DNA of 64,000 bases from Spirochaetia bacterium. GTDB taxonomy: Bacteria > Spirochaetota > Spirochaetia > SZUA-6 > Bin103. The notes beneath the pieces were generated by a model. That model was not told where the DNA came from. It searched no databases and worked only from the letters and a program-made list of their open reading frames with translations. The position numbers and the translations under genes were made by a program. The DNA lies in NCBI GenBank assembly GCA_965208575.1, contig CBDBOV010000006.1, positions 1-64,000 of the forward strand, given 5' to 3'. Of the stretch, positions 18,015 through 30,224 are shown in pieces. Within the stretch, counting starts at the first letter, position 1. Every line of letters starts with the position of its first letter.

Positions 18015-19328
18015 ATGAAGAGGCTTTTTGCGTGCGCGATTATTGTCAGCGCAGTCGCGGCACTTTCGCACGCTGCGGGTGAACAGGAGGCGGGTGCCGA
18101 AAAGGTTACCATCACCGCCTTCGCGGCCGCCGATGCGAGCACCATTCAGCACTACAACGAGATCGACGCGATGTTCAACGAGAAGTTCCCGAACGTCATG
18201 ATCGAGTGGCAGCCGCAAGCGGCGGAGGGCATTGAGGAGAAGTTCATTTCGCTCTACGTCACCGGCCAGTCACCGGACCTGTTCGTGGACGACACCGAAC
18301 GGCTTCTGCCCCCCGAACACCGCTACCAGGTGTTCGAGAACCTGCAGCCGTGGGTGGACAAGGATCCCGAGCTGCAGGACGCCCTGTCGACGATGCTGCC
18401 CGGCGTGATCGCCGGCGTGCACACCGGCGACAGGCTGTACGGACTGCCCACCCACTACGCGGCTCTCGTGCTGTTCGCGCGCGAGAGTTGGATGGACAAT
18501 CTGGGGCTCGAACTGCCGCGCGATTGGGTCGAGATGCGCGACATGGCCACGGCGTTCCAGAACCAGGATCCGGACGGCAACGGCAAGGATGACACCGTCG
18601 GCTACTACATGATGCTGTGGCCCGGCGTGTCCAACCTGCTGACCGCAATCACCTGGTGGTCGGCGGCGGGGTACAACGAGAACCGCTACGGCGACTCCCC
18701 GGAACCGACCTTCAACAACCCGGGGCAGCGGGCGGTGATCGCCGAGATGCGGGACTGGGTGCACAAGTACAAGATCGTCAACGCCGACGCCCTGGCGGTC
18801 AACGCCGGCCACCTGTACGACGCCATGAACGCCGGCCGGGTCGGCATCGGGCGCCTCGGCAACTGGAACGTGAATCGCTTCGACGGCAACGTCGACGCCG
18901 ACTATGTGCCGTTCCTGTTCCCGCCGCAGACGCAGGACCAGGCCGCCCCCAACTACGCACCCTACTTCCAGCACGCCATCTCGCTGGTCCGAGACTCCGA
19001 TCACAAGGCCGAGGCGCTGGAGTACATGAAGGTGTTCATCAGCAAGGAAGCGCAGGAGTTGCGCTACGAGTTCAGCGGCGCCGTGGCGAGGACCGACCTC
19101 GATTTCGACGCGCTGGAGGACAACCCGAGGCGCAAGTTCTTCCTGGACACGCCAATGTCCACCACGCCGTATTGGCCACCGCACCCGTGGGCTTCCATCT
19201 ACCGCGCGGTGTTGCAGACGTCGCTGGACAAGGTCTTTGCCGATCCGAACCTCGATATCGAGCAGGAGTTCAGCGCCGCCGTCGATGAAATCATGACCGA
19301 ACTGAAGGCCGAAGGGTACATCAAGTAG
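18015..19328 (+). CDS. Carbohydrate ABC transporter extracellular solute-binding protein
   Basis: Signal peptide then AAGEQEAG, family-1 SBP motifs (LYGLP, DPDGNGKDDTVG); AGGAGG RBS; TTGACG upstream. Confidence 0.9.
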   Translation: MKRLFACAIIVSAVAALSHAAGEQEAGAEKVTITAFAAADASTIQHYNEIDAMFNEKFPNVMIEWQPQAAEGIEEKFISLYVTGQSPDLFVDDTERLLPPEHRYQVFENLQPWVDKDPELQDALSTMLPGVIAGVHTGDRLYGLPTHYAALVLFARESWMDNLGLELPRDWVEMRDMATAFQNQDPDGNGKDDTVGYYMMLWPGVSNLLTAITWWSAAGYNENRYGDSPEPTFNNPGQRAVIAEMRDWVHKYKIVNADALAVNAGHLYDAMNAGRVGIGRLGNWNVNRFDGNVDADYVPFLFPPQTQDQAAPNYAPYFQHAISLVRDSDHKAEALEYMKVFISKEAQELRYEFSGAVARTDLDFDALEDNPRRKFFLDTPMSTTPYWPPHPWASIYRAVLQTSLDKVFADPNLDIEQEFSAAVDEIMTELKAEGYIK

Positions 19329-19359
19329 GCAAGCAGGCGGCGACGGCCGTGCGACGGCC

Positions 19360-20247
19360 ATGAAAATCGCCCTGGAGAACAGGAGGATGCGCTTGCTGCT
19401 GCGGCGCTCCTCCTACCTCCTGTACATCGTTCCGGCGCTGGCAGTCTTCCTGCTGTTCAGGCATTACGCCATCATCGAAGGGCTCAGAATGAGCCTCATC
19501 GACTTCAATCCCCGCGGACCGTCGGAGTTCGTCGGCTTCGAGCACTACATTCGCGTGCTGCAGCGGCCCCGGCTGTTCGAGTCGTTCGTGCGCACCGGCT
19601 ACTTCCTGGTGCTGTACCTGCCCTTGTCGATCGCGTCCTCGCTGCTGGTTGCACTGCTGATCAACGCGCGCGGCATACGGGGAACGCTGTTCTTCAAGGT
19701 GTCCTTCTTCGTTCCGGTCATCAGCACGTTCGCCGCCATGGCGTACGTCTGGGAGTCGCTGCTCAACCCCGACTTCGGGCCGTTCGGCGCCCTGTTGACG
19801 GCGCTGGGATTCGAGAAGTTCTTTCTGCTCGGCAGCATCACCTGGGCGTTGCCGACCATCGTCGGGATCTCGGTGTGGAAGAACATGGGCTTCTACGTGA
19901 TCGTGTTCTCGGCCAACCTGGAGATGATCGATCCCGCCTATCACGAGGCGGCGCGCTGTGACGGGGCCAACGCCTGGCAGCAGTTCCGGTACGTCACGGT
20001 GCCGTTTCTGCACGCCGCGTTCACGGTCTCCATCCTGATCGGCCTGGTGGACGCGTTCCAGGCATTCACGCCGATCTTCATCATCACGGCCGGGGGACCT
20101 GGAACGAGCACGGAGACGATCATGTACTACGTGTTCAACCTGGCCTATGTGCTGTCCAAGTGGGAGTGGGCGGCGGCCGGCTCGGTGATCGTGTTCCTGG
20201 TGCTGGCGGCGATCGCCGCGGTGCCCGGCAAGCTGCTGAAACTGTAG
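19360..20247 (+). CDS. Carbohydrate ABC transporter permease
   Basis: Hydrophobic helices; EAA loop YHEAARCDGANAWQQFRYVTVP. Confidence 0.92.
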   Translation: MKIALENRRMRLLLRRSSYLLYIVPALAVFLLFRHYAIIEGLRMSLIDFNPRGPSEFVGFEHYIRVLQRPRLFESFVRTGYFLVLYLPLSIASSLLVALLINARGIRGTLFFKVSFFVPVISTFAAMAYVWESLLNPDFGPFGALLTALGFEKFFLLGSITWALPTIVGISVWKNMGFYVIVFSANLEMIDPAYHEAARCDGANAWQQFRYVTVPFLHAAFTVSILIGLVDAFQAFTPIFIITAGGPGTSTETIMYYVFNLAYVLSKWEWAAAGSVIVFLVLAAIAAVPGKLLKL

Positions 20248-20256
20248 GACGATCCG

Positions 20257-21120
20257 GTGTCGACCGCGGTGACAACAGTGCGCCGGCGCAGGGAGCCGTG
20301 GCGGGCGGTCGTGTACGGCCTGCTTGCGCTTGGACTGGTGATCTTCATGTACCCGTACCTGTGGATGGTGTCCGGCACCTTGATGACCAACGAGGCGTTC
20401 TATCGCGGCGACAGCAACTACCTGCTGCCGAATCCATTCTCCATCTACGTCTGGAAGTACCTGTTCGTCGAGATACGTGACGTGTTCCCGATCGCCCGGT
20501 ACACGATGAACAGCCTGATCACGACCGCCGGCGCGGTGCTGATCTATCTCGTGACGGGGATACTCGCCGGCTATGCTCTGGCCAGAAAGCCGGTGCCGTT
20601 CAAGGGCGTGATCGTCTGGCTGCTGTTCGCGACGTTCATGTTCCCGGGCATCACCCTGCTCATACCGACCTTCTTCGTGGTCTACCGGCTGGGGCTGATC
20701 AATACCTATCTCGGCATCATCCTGGTGCTGGCGGCGGAGCCGCTGCCGTTCGTGCTGCTGTACCGGTTCTTCCGCGACATCCCGGTCGAGTACGAGTACG
20801 CGGGGCGCGTCGACGGGGCCGCCGACCTGCGCATCCTGTGGAGCATTCTGATCCCGCTGGCGATGCCGGCCATCGTGGCGGCCGGGCTGCTCGGCATCAT
20901 CATGTCGTGGAACGCGTTCATCTTTCCGTTCATGCTGGCGACCTCGACCGATCTCTACACGCTGCCGGTATCGCTGCTGTACTTCCAGAACGTGCAGTTG
21001 TGGTCCACCGCGCACGAGCGGATCGGGGTGGCGGTGGTGGCGACGCTGCCGCCGATCATCGTGTTCATCATCGCCCAGCGCAAGGTGATGAGCGGGTTCA
21101 CCGGCGGCCTCAAGACCTGA
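20257..21120 (+). CDS. Carbohydrate ABC transporter permease
   Basis: IPVEYEYAGRVDGA loop; ends GFTGGLKT. Confidence 0.92.
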   Translation: MSTAVTTVRRRREPWRAVVYGLLALGLVIFMYPYLWMVSGTLMTNEAFYRGDSNYLLPNPFSIYVWKYLFVEIRDVFPIARYTMNSLITTAGAVLIYLVTGILAGYALARKPVPFKGVIVWLLFATFMFPGITLLIPTFFVVYRLGLINTYLGIILVLAAEPLPFVLLYRFFRDIPVEYEYAGRVDGAADLRILWSILIPLAMPAIVAAGLLGIIMSWNAFIFPFMLATSTDLYTLPVSLLYFQNVQLWSTAHERIGVAVVATLPPIIVFIIAQRKVMSGFTGGLKT

Positions 21121-21188
21121 CGGCGGACCTGCAACCGACCTGCCCCGCACCCCTGACGCGCGCGCCCGGATGGTGTAGGGTCGGGGCC

Positions 21189-22190
21189 ATGGAACGACGG
21201 CCACTAGGCAAAACCGACCTCATGACTTCCCCCATCGGCTTCGGCACCTGGGAGATGAGCACCACCATGTACGGCTCGATCGACGTCGGCGAGGCGTCGC
21301 GGGCGGTGCACGCGGCGATCGACCACGGCATCAACCTGTTCGACACCGCCGAGGTGTACGGCCCCTTTCACTCGGAGGAGCTGCTCGCCAAGGCGCTCGG
21401 CGCGCGCCGCCGGGAGGTGATCCTGGTCACCAAGACCGGCTTCTCATACGACGACGAGAAGTACCGGGTGACCGGGCGCAACTCGCGCTACGAGCACATC
21501 ATCGCGCGTACGGAGGGCTGCCTGCGCCGCCTGAACACCGACGTGATCGACCTGATGCTGATCCACTGGCCCGACTTCGAGACCCCGTTCGACGAGCCGA
21601 TGCGCGCGCTGCAGAAGCTGAAGCAGGATGGCAAGATCCGCCACGCGGGCGTGTCCAACTACAACATCGAGACCATGGACTACTGCCGGCAGTTCACCGA
21701 GGTCGCGGTCAACCAGGTGGGCTATCACCTGTTCGACCAGCGCATGCAGAAGGCGATCCTGCCCTATTGCCTCGAGCACGGCATCGGTTTCATGGCGTAC
21801 GGCACCCTCGGCTTCGGGCTGCTGACCGGCGCATTCCAGCCGGACCACACCTTCGAGGAGGGCGACTGGCGGCGCAGAAACTACACCGCGTTCGGGTTGC
21901 CGCTGTTCCAGCGCGACCACTTCGCGCGCGAACTGCGCGTGGCCGCGCGGCTGGCGGAGCTGGCGGCGAGCCACGGCCGGTCGCTGGCGCAACTCGCCAT
22001 CGCCTGGGTGCTCGGCCATCCGGCGGTGTCGGTGGCGCTGGTGGGCATGCGCAACGACCGCGAGTTGGCCGAGAACGTCGCCTCCACCGAGTGGCGGCTG
22101 GGCGACGACGACCGTGCGGCCATCGACCGCATCTTCGCCGAGGAGAGCTGCCCCACCTACGAAGACTACCCGCAGTCGCAGCGCTTCTGA
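21189..22190 (+). CDS. Aldo/keto reductase
   Basis: MERRPLGKT, GINLFDTAEVYG, IDLMLIHWPD and GKIRHAGVSN motifs; start moved from 20838 to ATG 21189. Confidence 0.92.
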   Translation: MERRPLGKTDLMTSPIGFGTWEMSTTMYGSIDVGEASRAVHAAIDHGINLFDTAEVYGPFHSEELLAKALGARRREVILVTKTGFSYDDEKYRVTGRNSRYEHIIARTEGCLRRLNTDVIDLMLIHWPDFETPFDEPMRALQKLKQDGKIRHAGVSNYNIETMDYCRQFTEVAVNQVGYHLFDQRMQKAILPYCLEHGIGFMAYGTLGFGLLTGAFQPDHTFEEGDWRRRNYTAFGLPLFQRDHFARELRVAARLAELAASHGRSLAQLAIAWVLGHPAVSVALVGMRNDRELAENVASTEWRLGDDDRAAIDRIFAEESCPTYEDYPQSQRF

Positions 22191-22212
22191 GGCCGCGGCT
22201 GAGACCGCGGCC
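22191..22212. terminator. GC-rich hairpin between convergent genes
   Basis: GGCCGCGG-ctgaga-CCGCGGCC; no U-tract. Confidence 0.4.
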
Positions 22213-22235
22213 GGCCTCGCGCAGGGGTGTCGGCG

Positions 22236-23873
22236 TCAGAACCGCGAGCGGCGTGACTCCACGTTGGCCTGCACGTCGATCAGGACGGTGACCCCGTCCG
22301 CGTTCAGGCGTTGCGCGTCGGCCAGCGCCTGCTCCAGTTCCGCGGCGGTGCGCACGGCGATGCCGCGGGCGCCGAGCGCGTCGGCGAGCGCGGCGTAGTC
22401 GCCGCCCATCCTGGACACCCCGAAGGCGCGCGCCGCGGGTCCGATCATGTCGCGGGCGCCGCTGTAGGTGGCCATGGCGCCGTTGTTGAGCAGCACGGTG
22501 GTGATCGGCACTTCGGCGCGCACCGCCGTCTCCAGGTCCAGGCCCGACATGCCGAACGCGCCGTCGCCCATCACGTTGAGGCAGAACCGGTCCGGGTGGG
22601 CGAGCTTGGCGCCGATCGCCAGCGGCAGGCCGAAACCGAGGTGGGTGGTCTTGCCCCAGCCCACGTAGCTGTGCGGCACGGTGGCGCGGTAGAACGGCAC
22701 CATGCAGTCGCGCGGGGCGCCGGCGTCGTGGGTCACGATGCTGGCGTCGGGGTCGAGTACCTCGTTCAGGGCGTGCACCACCCGGTAGTAGTTCAGCGGC
22801 TCGCCGTCGTCGGTGAGCGCCGGCTGCCACTCGGCCAGCCACTCGGCGCGCACCGCGGCCACCTCGCCCGCCACCCGGTCGACCGCGGCCTGGTCCGCCG
22901 CGCCGCCGCCGAGTTCCTCGATCAGGGCCGCGATGGTGAGCCCGGCGTCGCCGAGCAGCGCCACCTCGGGCGCCTCGTCCTTGTTCAGGTCGTCGACGCT
23001 GACTGTGTTGTGGATCAGCCGCGCCGCCGAGGGCACCGCCTGGGCGTAGGGGCTGCGGGTGAGGCTGGTACCGAGGGCGAGCAGCACGTCGCACTCGGAC
23101 AGCCAGCGGTGCGCGGCCAGGGTGGTGGTGCCGGTCCCGGCGCCGAGCGCGAGGCGGTGGGTTTCGGGCAGCGCCGACTTGCCGGGCATGGTGCAGAACA
23201 CCGGCGCCGCCAGCAACTCGGCGAGGCGGGCCAGTTCCGCGCTGGCGCCCGCGGCGAGCACGCCGGCGCCGGCCCAGATCAGCGGCCTGCGGGCGGCGCG
23301 CAGCACGGCGGCGGCGGCGGCGACATCGTCCGCCGCCGGGGTCTGCCGCGCCGGGCGCGGCGGGCGGTAGGTCCGCGCCGCCTCCGGCACCTCCTGGGCA
23401 CACACGTCGCCGGTCATCTCCACCACCGCCGGGCCGGGCGCGCCGCTGCGCAGGGCATGGAAGGCGCGCCGCATCACCGGCGCCACCTGGTCGGGGCGCA
23501 GGATCGGCTCCACGCTCTTGGCTACGCCCTGGTAGGTGCGCGCGGCCTGGAAGTTGGGCCGGGTCAGGGTGTTCAGGGAGTTGCCGGCGGGCAGCATCAG
23601 GATCGGTATGTTGTCGGCGCCGGCCTGCGCGAGGCCGCCGAGCGCGTTCTCGGCGCCCGCCTGCGCCTGCACGGCGACCACGCCGAAGCGCCGGCCGTCG
23701 CTGGTGCGGCTGTAGCCGTCCGCGGCCATCACCGCGCCGCGCTCGTGGCGAAACGCGATCGGGCGGATGCCGACGGCGGCGACGGCCTCGATGATCGGGT
23801 GCTGGGGGAAGCAGGCCAGCCACTCCACTCCCTCGGTCTTGAGTATCTGGGCGATGTAGTCGTATCCGTTCAC
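22236..23873 (-). CDS. Thiamine-pyrophosphate-dependent enzyme (acetolactate synthase-like)
   Basis: RHERGAVMAADGYSR and TPP motif GDGAFGM...LLNN; probable GTG start at 23873. Confidence 0.9.
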   Translation of the reverse strand: MNGYDYIAQILKTEGVEWLACFPQHPIIEAVAAVGIRPIAFRHERGAVMAADGYSRTSDGRRFGVVAVQAQAGAENALGGLAQAGADNIPILMLPAGNSLNTLTRPNFQAARTYQGVAKSVEPILRPDQVAPVMRRAFHALRSGAPGPAVVEMTGDVCAQEVPEAARTYRPPRPARQTPAADDVAAAAAVLRAARRPLIWAGAGVLAAGASAELARLAELLAAPVFCTMPGKSALPETHRLALGAGTGTTTLAAHRWLSECDVLLALGTSLTRSPYAQAVPSAARLIHNTVSVDDLNKDEAPEVALLGDAGLTIAALIEELGGGAADQAAVDRVAGEVAAVRAEWLAEWQPALTDDGEPLNYYRVVHALNEVLDPDASIVTHDAGAPRDCMVPFYRATVPHSYVGWGKTTHLGFGLPLAIGAKLAHPDRFCLNVMGDGAFGMSGLDLETAVRAEVPITTVLLNNGAMATYSGARDMIGPAARAFGVSRMGGDYAALADALGARGIAVRTAAELEQALADAQRLNADGVTVLIDVQANVESRRSRF

Positions 23874-23969
23874 GCGGCACAGGGTAACGCGCCTGCCCGC
23901 TAAGGTCGATCCGTCCAGACCCGTTTCGCGAGCATTGCGGCAGACGGGCTGGGCGGGGATAGTAGCGGC

Positions 23970-24926
23970 GTGGCGGCGAAGAGTGCGGTGATCGGCGCCG
24001 GGGCGATGGGCCACGGCATTGGCGAGGTGCTGGCGCGCGCCTGCCCGGAGGTGTGGCTGTACGATCCCGACGCGGCCACCCTGGAGCGGGCGGTGGCGCT
24101 GATCCGGGAGTCGGTGGAGCGGCTGCGGCGGCACGGCCTGATCGCCGCCGAGGTGGCGCGCGGCACGCCGGCCCGCGTGCGCACCACCACCGACCTGGAG
24201 CGCGCCGCCGCCGGCGCGGGCTTCGTGATCGAGGCGGCGCCCGAGGACCTGCCCACCAAGCAGGCCCTGTTCGCCGATCTGGACCGGCTGGCCCCGCCCG
24301 ATGCCGTGCTCGCCACCAACTCCTCCAGCTTCACGCTGGCCGAGGTGAGCGAGCGGGTCAGCGAGCCGCGCCGCCGGCTGGTGGTGGGCTCGCACTTCTT
24401 CCTGCCCGCCCAGATCGTGCCGTTGGTGGAGGTGTCGCGCGGCGCCGCCACCGCCGACGAGGCGTTCGAGGCCGCCTACGCGCTGTGGGAGCGCTGCGGC
24501 AAGACCCCGATACGGGTGCGGCGCGACGTATCCGGCTACGTGGCCAACCGCCTGCAGCGCGCCCTGATGCGCGAGGCCCTGGCCCAGTTGGCGGAGGGCT
24601 CGGCCAGCGCCGAGGATATCGACCGCGCCGTCCGCTTCGGCTTCGGGCTGCGCTTCATGGTGCGCGGCCCGCTGGCGCAGCGCGACGTGGCCGGCCTCGG
24701 CCTGGCCAGCCGCATCCAGACCAACCCCGACGACCGCGAACGGCTCGACGCCGGCCGCCGCCACCTGCTCGACACCGCCGCCGCCGGCCACCTCGGCCTC
24801 GACACCGGCCGCGGCCTGCTCGACTGGCACGGCCGCGACCCCGGCGAAGTGCGCCGCACCGGCGACGAAGCCCTCGCCCGCGCCGCCGCCCTGCTCACCG
24901 AGAACGAACGCACGGAAGGAGAGTAG
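23970..24926 (+). CDS. 3-hydroxyacyl-CoA dehydrogenase family protein
   Basis: GAGAMGHGIG Rossmann motif, EAAPEDL, LATNSSS, GSHFFLP and GYVANRL. Confidence 0.92.
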   Translation: MAAKSAVIGAGAMGHGIGEVLARACPEVWLYDPDAATLERAVALIRESVERLRRHGLIAAEVARGTPARVRTTTDLERAAAGAGFVIEAAPEDLPTKQALFADLDRLAPPDAVLATNSSSFTLAEVSERVSEPRRRLVVGSHFFLPAQIVPLVEVSRGAATADEAFEAAYALWERCGKTPIRVRRDVSGYVANRLQRALMREALAQLAEGSASAEDIDRAVRFGFGLRFMVRGPLAQRDVAGLGLASRIQTNPDDRERLDAGRRHLLDTAAAGHLGLDTGRGLLDWHGRDPGEVRRTGDEALARAAALLTENERTEGE

Positions 24927-24929
24927 CAA

Positions 24930-25262
24930 TCACCGTCGGTCACGGGTCTGCCGCTCGGCGATCCCGGACAGTTCGACCGGGGGCCGGTCCGGGAACCTCG
25001 CGATGAGCGACAGGCTACCGCCCATCGCCTCAACCGTCTTGCGTAGCGTCGAGAGCAACAGGTCGCTACGCTGCTCCAGCCGAGAGACGCCGTCCTGGCC
25101 GATGCCGAGTTCTCGCGCGATGCTGACCTGGGTGAGTCGCCGGGCCTTGCGAAGCTCGCGCAGCGTCATCTCTTCGGCGATGAGGTCGGCGGCGCGGTCT
25201 TCGATCTTGCGCCGCCGCGCGGGATCGAGGCCCGCCATCATGTCGTCGAGGCTTACGGTCAT
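24930..25262 (-). CDS. XRE-family HTH antitoxin
   Basis: LRELRKARRLTQ...VSRLEQRSDLLLSTLRKTVEAMGG; directly downstream of a RelE-like toxin. Confidence 0.88.
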   Translation of the reverse strand: MTVSLDDMMAGLDPARRRKIEDRAADLIAEEMTLRELRKARRLTQVSIARELGIGQDGVSRLEQRSDLLLSTLRKTVEAMGGSLSLIARFPDRPPVELSGIAERQTRDRR

Positions 25263-25627
25263 TACGATCCTCCTTCATGGGCGAGTCGGGCGAGGTGCCG
25301 ATCGAATCGCTCGTCTGCCTTGCGGATGAGCGCCCGGTAGAAGCGCTTGGAGCTTGAGCCCGACTTATCGCCGGCAACGAGCAAGACCGCACTGCGTGTA
25401 GGGTCGAAGGCGAAGGCGAGCCGCCATTCTCCATCCGCCGCGCCGAAGCGCATTTCTTTCATGTTCGCATGTCGCGATCCGTTCAGCGTATCCACGCGAG
25501 GCCGCCCCAGCAGGGGTCCGAACTGCTTCAGCTAGGTGAGCGACGGCAAAGACTTCGTCCTGGACTTGTCGGTGCAGACTGCGAAACTCCGCACGAAGTC
25601 GTCGTGGAAGTCGACCGACCAACTCAT
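25262..25627 (-). pseudogene. RelE/ParE-like type II toxin, two frameshifts
   Basis: Pieces lie in three frames: MSWSVDFHDDFV / EFRSLHRQVQDEVFAVAHL / LKQFGPLLGRPRVDTLNGSRHANMKEMRF...FAFDPTRSAVLLVAGDK. Confidence 0.82.
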
Positions 25628-25769
25628 CGACGACCCAACATGTAGTTGCAGCCATATGAAGTCAAGTCCCTGTGTCCCGCACGCCTCGCGCACCATGCCC
25701 GGCACCGGGTAATAGCCGGTTACGGGCGAGTGGTTGCATATTGGGGCGAGACGGCGCAGGATCAGGGGC

Positions 25770-26615
25770 ATGGCCTATACGTTCCAGCCGGGCATGATGT
25801 ACATGATGCCCACCCACTTCGGACCGATGGCAGGTCCGCGCCAGGGCGCCGACGGCAAGGGATTCGCCTGCATCGACAGCCCCCGTTCCACCAGCTACTC
25901 GGTGAGCTTCCTGACCAACGCCGAGCAACTCGAACCGCTGCTGCCGCCCGGATTCTCCCTGCACGGCGAGCCCGTGGTGACCGTCAGTCAGACCCACATG
26001 AAGGAGATCGAGTGGCTCGCCGGGCGCGGCTACAACATCATGGGGGTTACCTTCCCGGTAGCGTATGCCGGCACCCGCGACCGCGCCGTGGGGCCGCTGC
26101 TGACCGTGCTGTGGGAGAACATGACCGACCCGATCCTGACCGGGCGCGAGCAACTGGGGTTTGCGAAGATCTACTGCGAGATGCCCGATCCGGTGGTGTG
26201 CCGCGGCGAGTTCCACGTGACCGGGAGTTGGGAGGGCTACCGCTTCCTGGACATGAAGCTGCGCAACCTGCAGGCGGTGGCGCCGGAGAACTACCCGGGG
26301 CCCGCGGCCCCGCGCACCGACGGCGTGCTGACCGGTCAACTGCACTACAAGTACGTTCCCCGCACCGGGGAGTGGGACAAGGCCGACGTCGCCTACGCAA
26401 CCCTCACTCCCTCGGAGGGATCCAACGCCCGGGTGACCGGAATGTGGCGCGGCGAGGGCACCGTGCAGTTTCAGCAGGCGCGCTGGGAGGACATGCCGAC
26501 CCAGTTCATGATCGTCAACACGTTCCACGCGCTGGAGATCAAGGAGTACCGCGGCGCCACCATCAGCCAGTCGGTGGGCGGCAAGGACCTGAGCGACCAG
26601 CGCATGCTGGTCTAG
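25770..26615 (+). CDS. Acetoacetate decarboxylase (ADC) family protein
   Basis: YMMPTHFGP, LEPLLPPGF and GREQLGFAK motif with the putative Schiff-base Lys. Confidence 0.8.
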   Translation: MAYTFQPGMMYMMPTHFGPMAGPRQGADGKGFACIDSPRSTSYSVSFLTNAEQLEPLLPPGFSLHGEPVVTVSQTHMKEIEWLAGRGYNIMGVTFPVAYAGTRDRAVGPLLTVLWENMTDPILTGREQLGFAKIYCEMPDPVVCRGEFHVTGSWEGYRFLDMKLRNLQAVAPENYPGPAAPRTDGVLTGQLHYKYVPRTGEWDKADVAYATLTPSEGSNARVTGMWRGEGTVQFQQARWEDMPTQFMIVNTFHALEIKEYRGATISQSVGGKDLSDQRMLV

Positions 26616-26649
26616 CTGCGAGGCCGGTGCGATCCTGAAGAGGGACACG

Positions 26650-28727
26650 TTGTCAGCACCGGGGCTCCCGGCATCCCGGCAGGAGCTGCTCGCCGCGGGG
26701 GTGGAGGCGGACCGGGCGGCGCTGATCGTGGAGCGCGCCGACGACCTGCTGGCGGGCGGCTCCCCGTCCGCTGACCGCAGCGCGGCGGAGCACTGCTGGA
26801 GCGAGCTGTCGCGCTCGCTGCTGACGCCCGAGGTTCCCTTCGACGCCCACCGCCTGCTGCACGAACGCATCTTCGCCGGCCGTGACCCGGAAGCCGGGCC
26901 GGCGCCGGTCTGGCTGCCGGCGGTCGCGGAGGTGCACGCCAGCAACCTGTACGCGCTGATGCGGGCGCGCGGCTGCGCCACCTATCGTGAGCTGTTCGAC
27001 TGGTCGGTCGCCAACCGCATGGAGTTCTGGCGCACGATGGTGGAGCGGCTGGAGATCCGGTTCCGGCAGCGTTACGCCGAAATCGCCGACCTGGACGACC
27101 TGCGCGCCCCGCGCTGGTTCCCCGGAGCTCGCCTCAACATCGCCGAGAGCTGCTTCGGCGCTCCGCCGGACGCACCCGCGATTATCCACCAGGCGGAGGG
27201 CGGCGTCCTGTCGACCATGACCGGGTCCGAACTGCGCGCGCTGTCAGGGCGCGTGGCCAACGGGCTGAACGCGGCCGGCTACCGCGCCGGCGACGCCATC
27301 GCCATCTACCTGCCGATGACGGCCGAGTCGGTGGCGATCTACCTGGGCATCGTGTTCGCCGGCTGCACGGCGGTGGGCATTGCCGACAGCTTCGCCGCCG
27401 AGGAGATCCGCGTCCGGCTGCGCATCACCGGCGCCAAGGCGATCTTCACCCAGGACGAGATGCTGCGCGGCGGCAAGGCGCTGCCCCTGTACGCCAAGGT
27501 GATCGAGGCGGACGCGCCGGCGGCCATCGTGCTCGGTTGCGGCGGGCGACCGGCGCCGGTCAGCCGCGACGACGACCTGGGCTGGGAGGCGTTTCTCAGC
27601 GACGAGACCGCGTTCACGCCGGTTGGCTGCGCGCCGGAGGCGTCCACCAACGTCCTGTTCTCGTCCGGGACCACCGGCGAGCCGAAGGCGATTCCCTGGA
27701 CCCACACGACGCCGCTGAAGTGCGCCGCCGACGGCTGGCTGCACCAGGACATCCGCCCCGGCGACGTGGCCGCGTGGCCCACCAGCCTGGGCTGGATGAT
27801 GGGCCCGTGGCTGATCTACGCCAGCCTGGTCAACGGCGCCGCCATGGCGCTGTTCGACGGCGCGCCGACCGGCCGCGAGTTCGGCGAGTTCGTGCAGCGC
27901 GCCGGCGTCACCATGCTCGGCGTGGTGCCGAGCCTGGTGCGGGCGTGGCGGCGCTCCGGCTGCATGGCGGGGCTGGACTGGAGCGCGATTCGCGCGTTCA
28001 GTTCCACCGGCGAGCCCTCCAACGCGGAGGACTACCACTTCCTGATGGCGCTGGCGGGCTACCGCCCGGTGATCGAGTATTGCGGCGGCACCGAGATCGG
28101 CGGCGGCTACCTCACCGGCACCGTGATCCAGCCGGCCGCGCCCACCGTGTGCACCACGCCGACGCTGGGGCTCGACTTCCTGATCCTGGACGACGACGGC
28201 CGGCCCGCCGCCAACGGCGAGGTGTTCCTGCGCCCGCCGTCGATCGGGCTGTCCACCTCGCTGCTCAACCAGGACCACCATGCCGTCTACTTCGACGGCG
28301 CGCCGGCCGCGGACGAGGCCGTGCCGCTGCGCCGCCACGGCGACCAGATCGAACAGCTTGCCGGCGGCGGGTACCGGATCCACGGACGGGTCGACGACAC
28401 CATGAACCTCGGCGGCATCAAGGTGAGCTCGGTGGAGATCGAACGGCTGCTCAACACCGTGCCGGGGGTGGCCGAAACGGCCGCCGTGGCGGTGCAGCCG
28501 GAGGCGGGCGGGCCGGCCCGGCTGGTGATCTTCGCCGCCCCGTTCGCGGGCCAGCAGTTCGCCGAGGGCGAGCTGCAGAGCACGCTGCAGGACGCGATCC
28601 GCCGCCGCCTCAACCCGCTGTTCAGGATCCACGAGGTGGTGCAGGTGGCGGCGCTGCCGCGTACCGCGTCCAACAAGACCATGCGCCGCGTGCTGCGCGC
28701 CAGCTACGCGGCGCCAGGAGGAACCCC

Positions 28728-28731
<4 letters not shown>
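26650..28731 (+). CDS. AMP-forming acyl-CoA synthetase (acetyl-CoA synthetase-like)
   Basis: LFSSGTTGEPKAI, YCGGTEIGG, GRVDDTMNLGG and LPRTASNKTMRR adenylation motifs. Confidence 0.92.
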
Positions 28732-29912
<1,181 letters not shown>

Positions 29913-29915
<3 letters not shown>

Positions 29916-29941
29916 TGCGTGATGCTGGAAGTCACGCGTCA
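29913..29941. promoter_or_regulatory. Inverted repeat, probable antitoxin operator
   Basis: TGATGCGTGA-N9-TCACGCGTCA just upstream of the antitoxin gene. Confidence 0.5.
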
Positions 29942-29964
29942 TCCTGCGCCATATTGGCGGCGCT

Positions 29965-30189
29965 GTGAGAACCACGTTGAACATCTCCGCCGAGGCAATG
30001 GCGAAGGTGCGCCAGCTTGCCGAGCAACGCGGCGCAACGCTCGGTGCCGTGGTTTCCGAGCTGTTGCTCAAGGCGCTTCAGCCGGAGGACCCGCCATCGG
30101 TGCGAAACGGCGTTCCACTGTATCCGGCCCATGCGTCGGCGACAGCCGATCTGGAACTGGTCAACCGACTACGCGATGCGGATCCGTGA
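29965..30189 (+). CDS. Orphan RHH/VapB-like antitoxin
   Basis: MRTTLNIS...GAVVSELL...RNGVPL...LELVNRLRD pattern; no PIN toxin follows. Confidence 0.72.
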   Translation: MRTTLNISAEAMAKVRQLAEQRGATLGAVVSELLLKALQPEDPPSVRNGVPLYPAHASATADLELVNRLRDADP

Positions 30190-30224
30190 CCTCCCGGTCC
30201 ACGCAGTAGATCGACTTCGAACAC

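Noticed and set aside
20838-21188. N-terminal extension of the aldo/keto reductase ORF
   Set aside because: Overlaps the permease; family similarity starts at ATG 21189.
23874-24929. 897-aa fusion ORF extending the TPP enzyme
   Set aside because: The extension is the antisense shadow of the 3-hydroxyacyl-CoA dehydrogenase gene.
27537-28727. 792-aa thiolase fusion
   Set aside because: The upstream part is an alternate frame of the ligase; the real start is ATG 28728 with an RBS.
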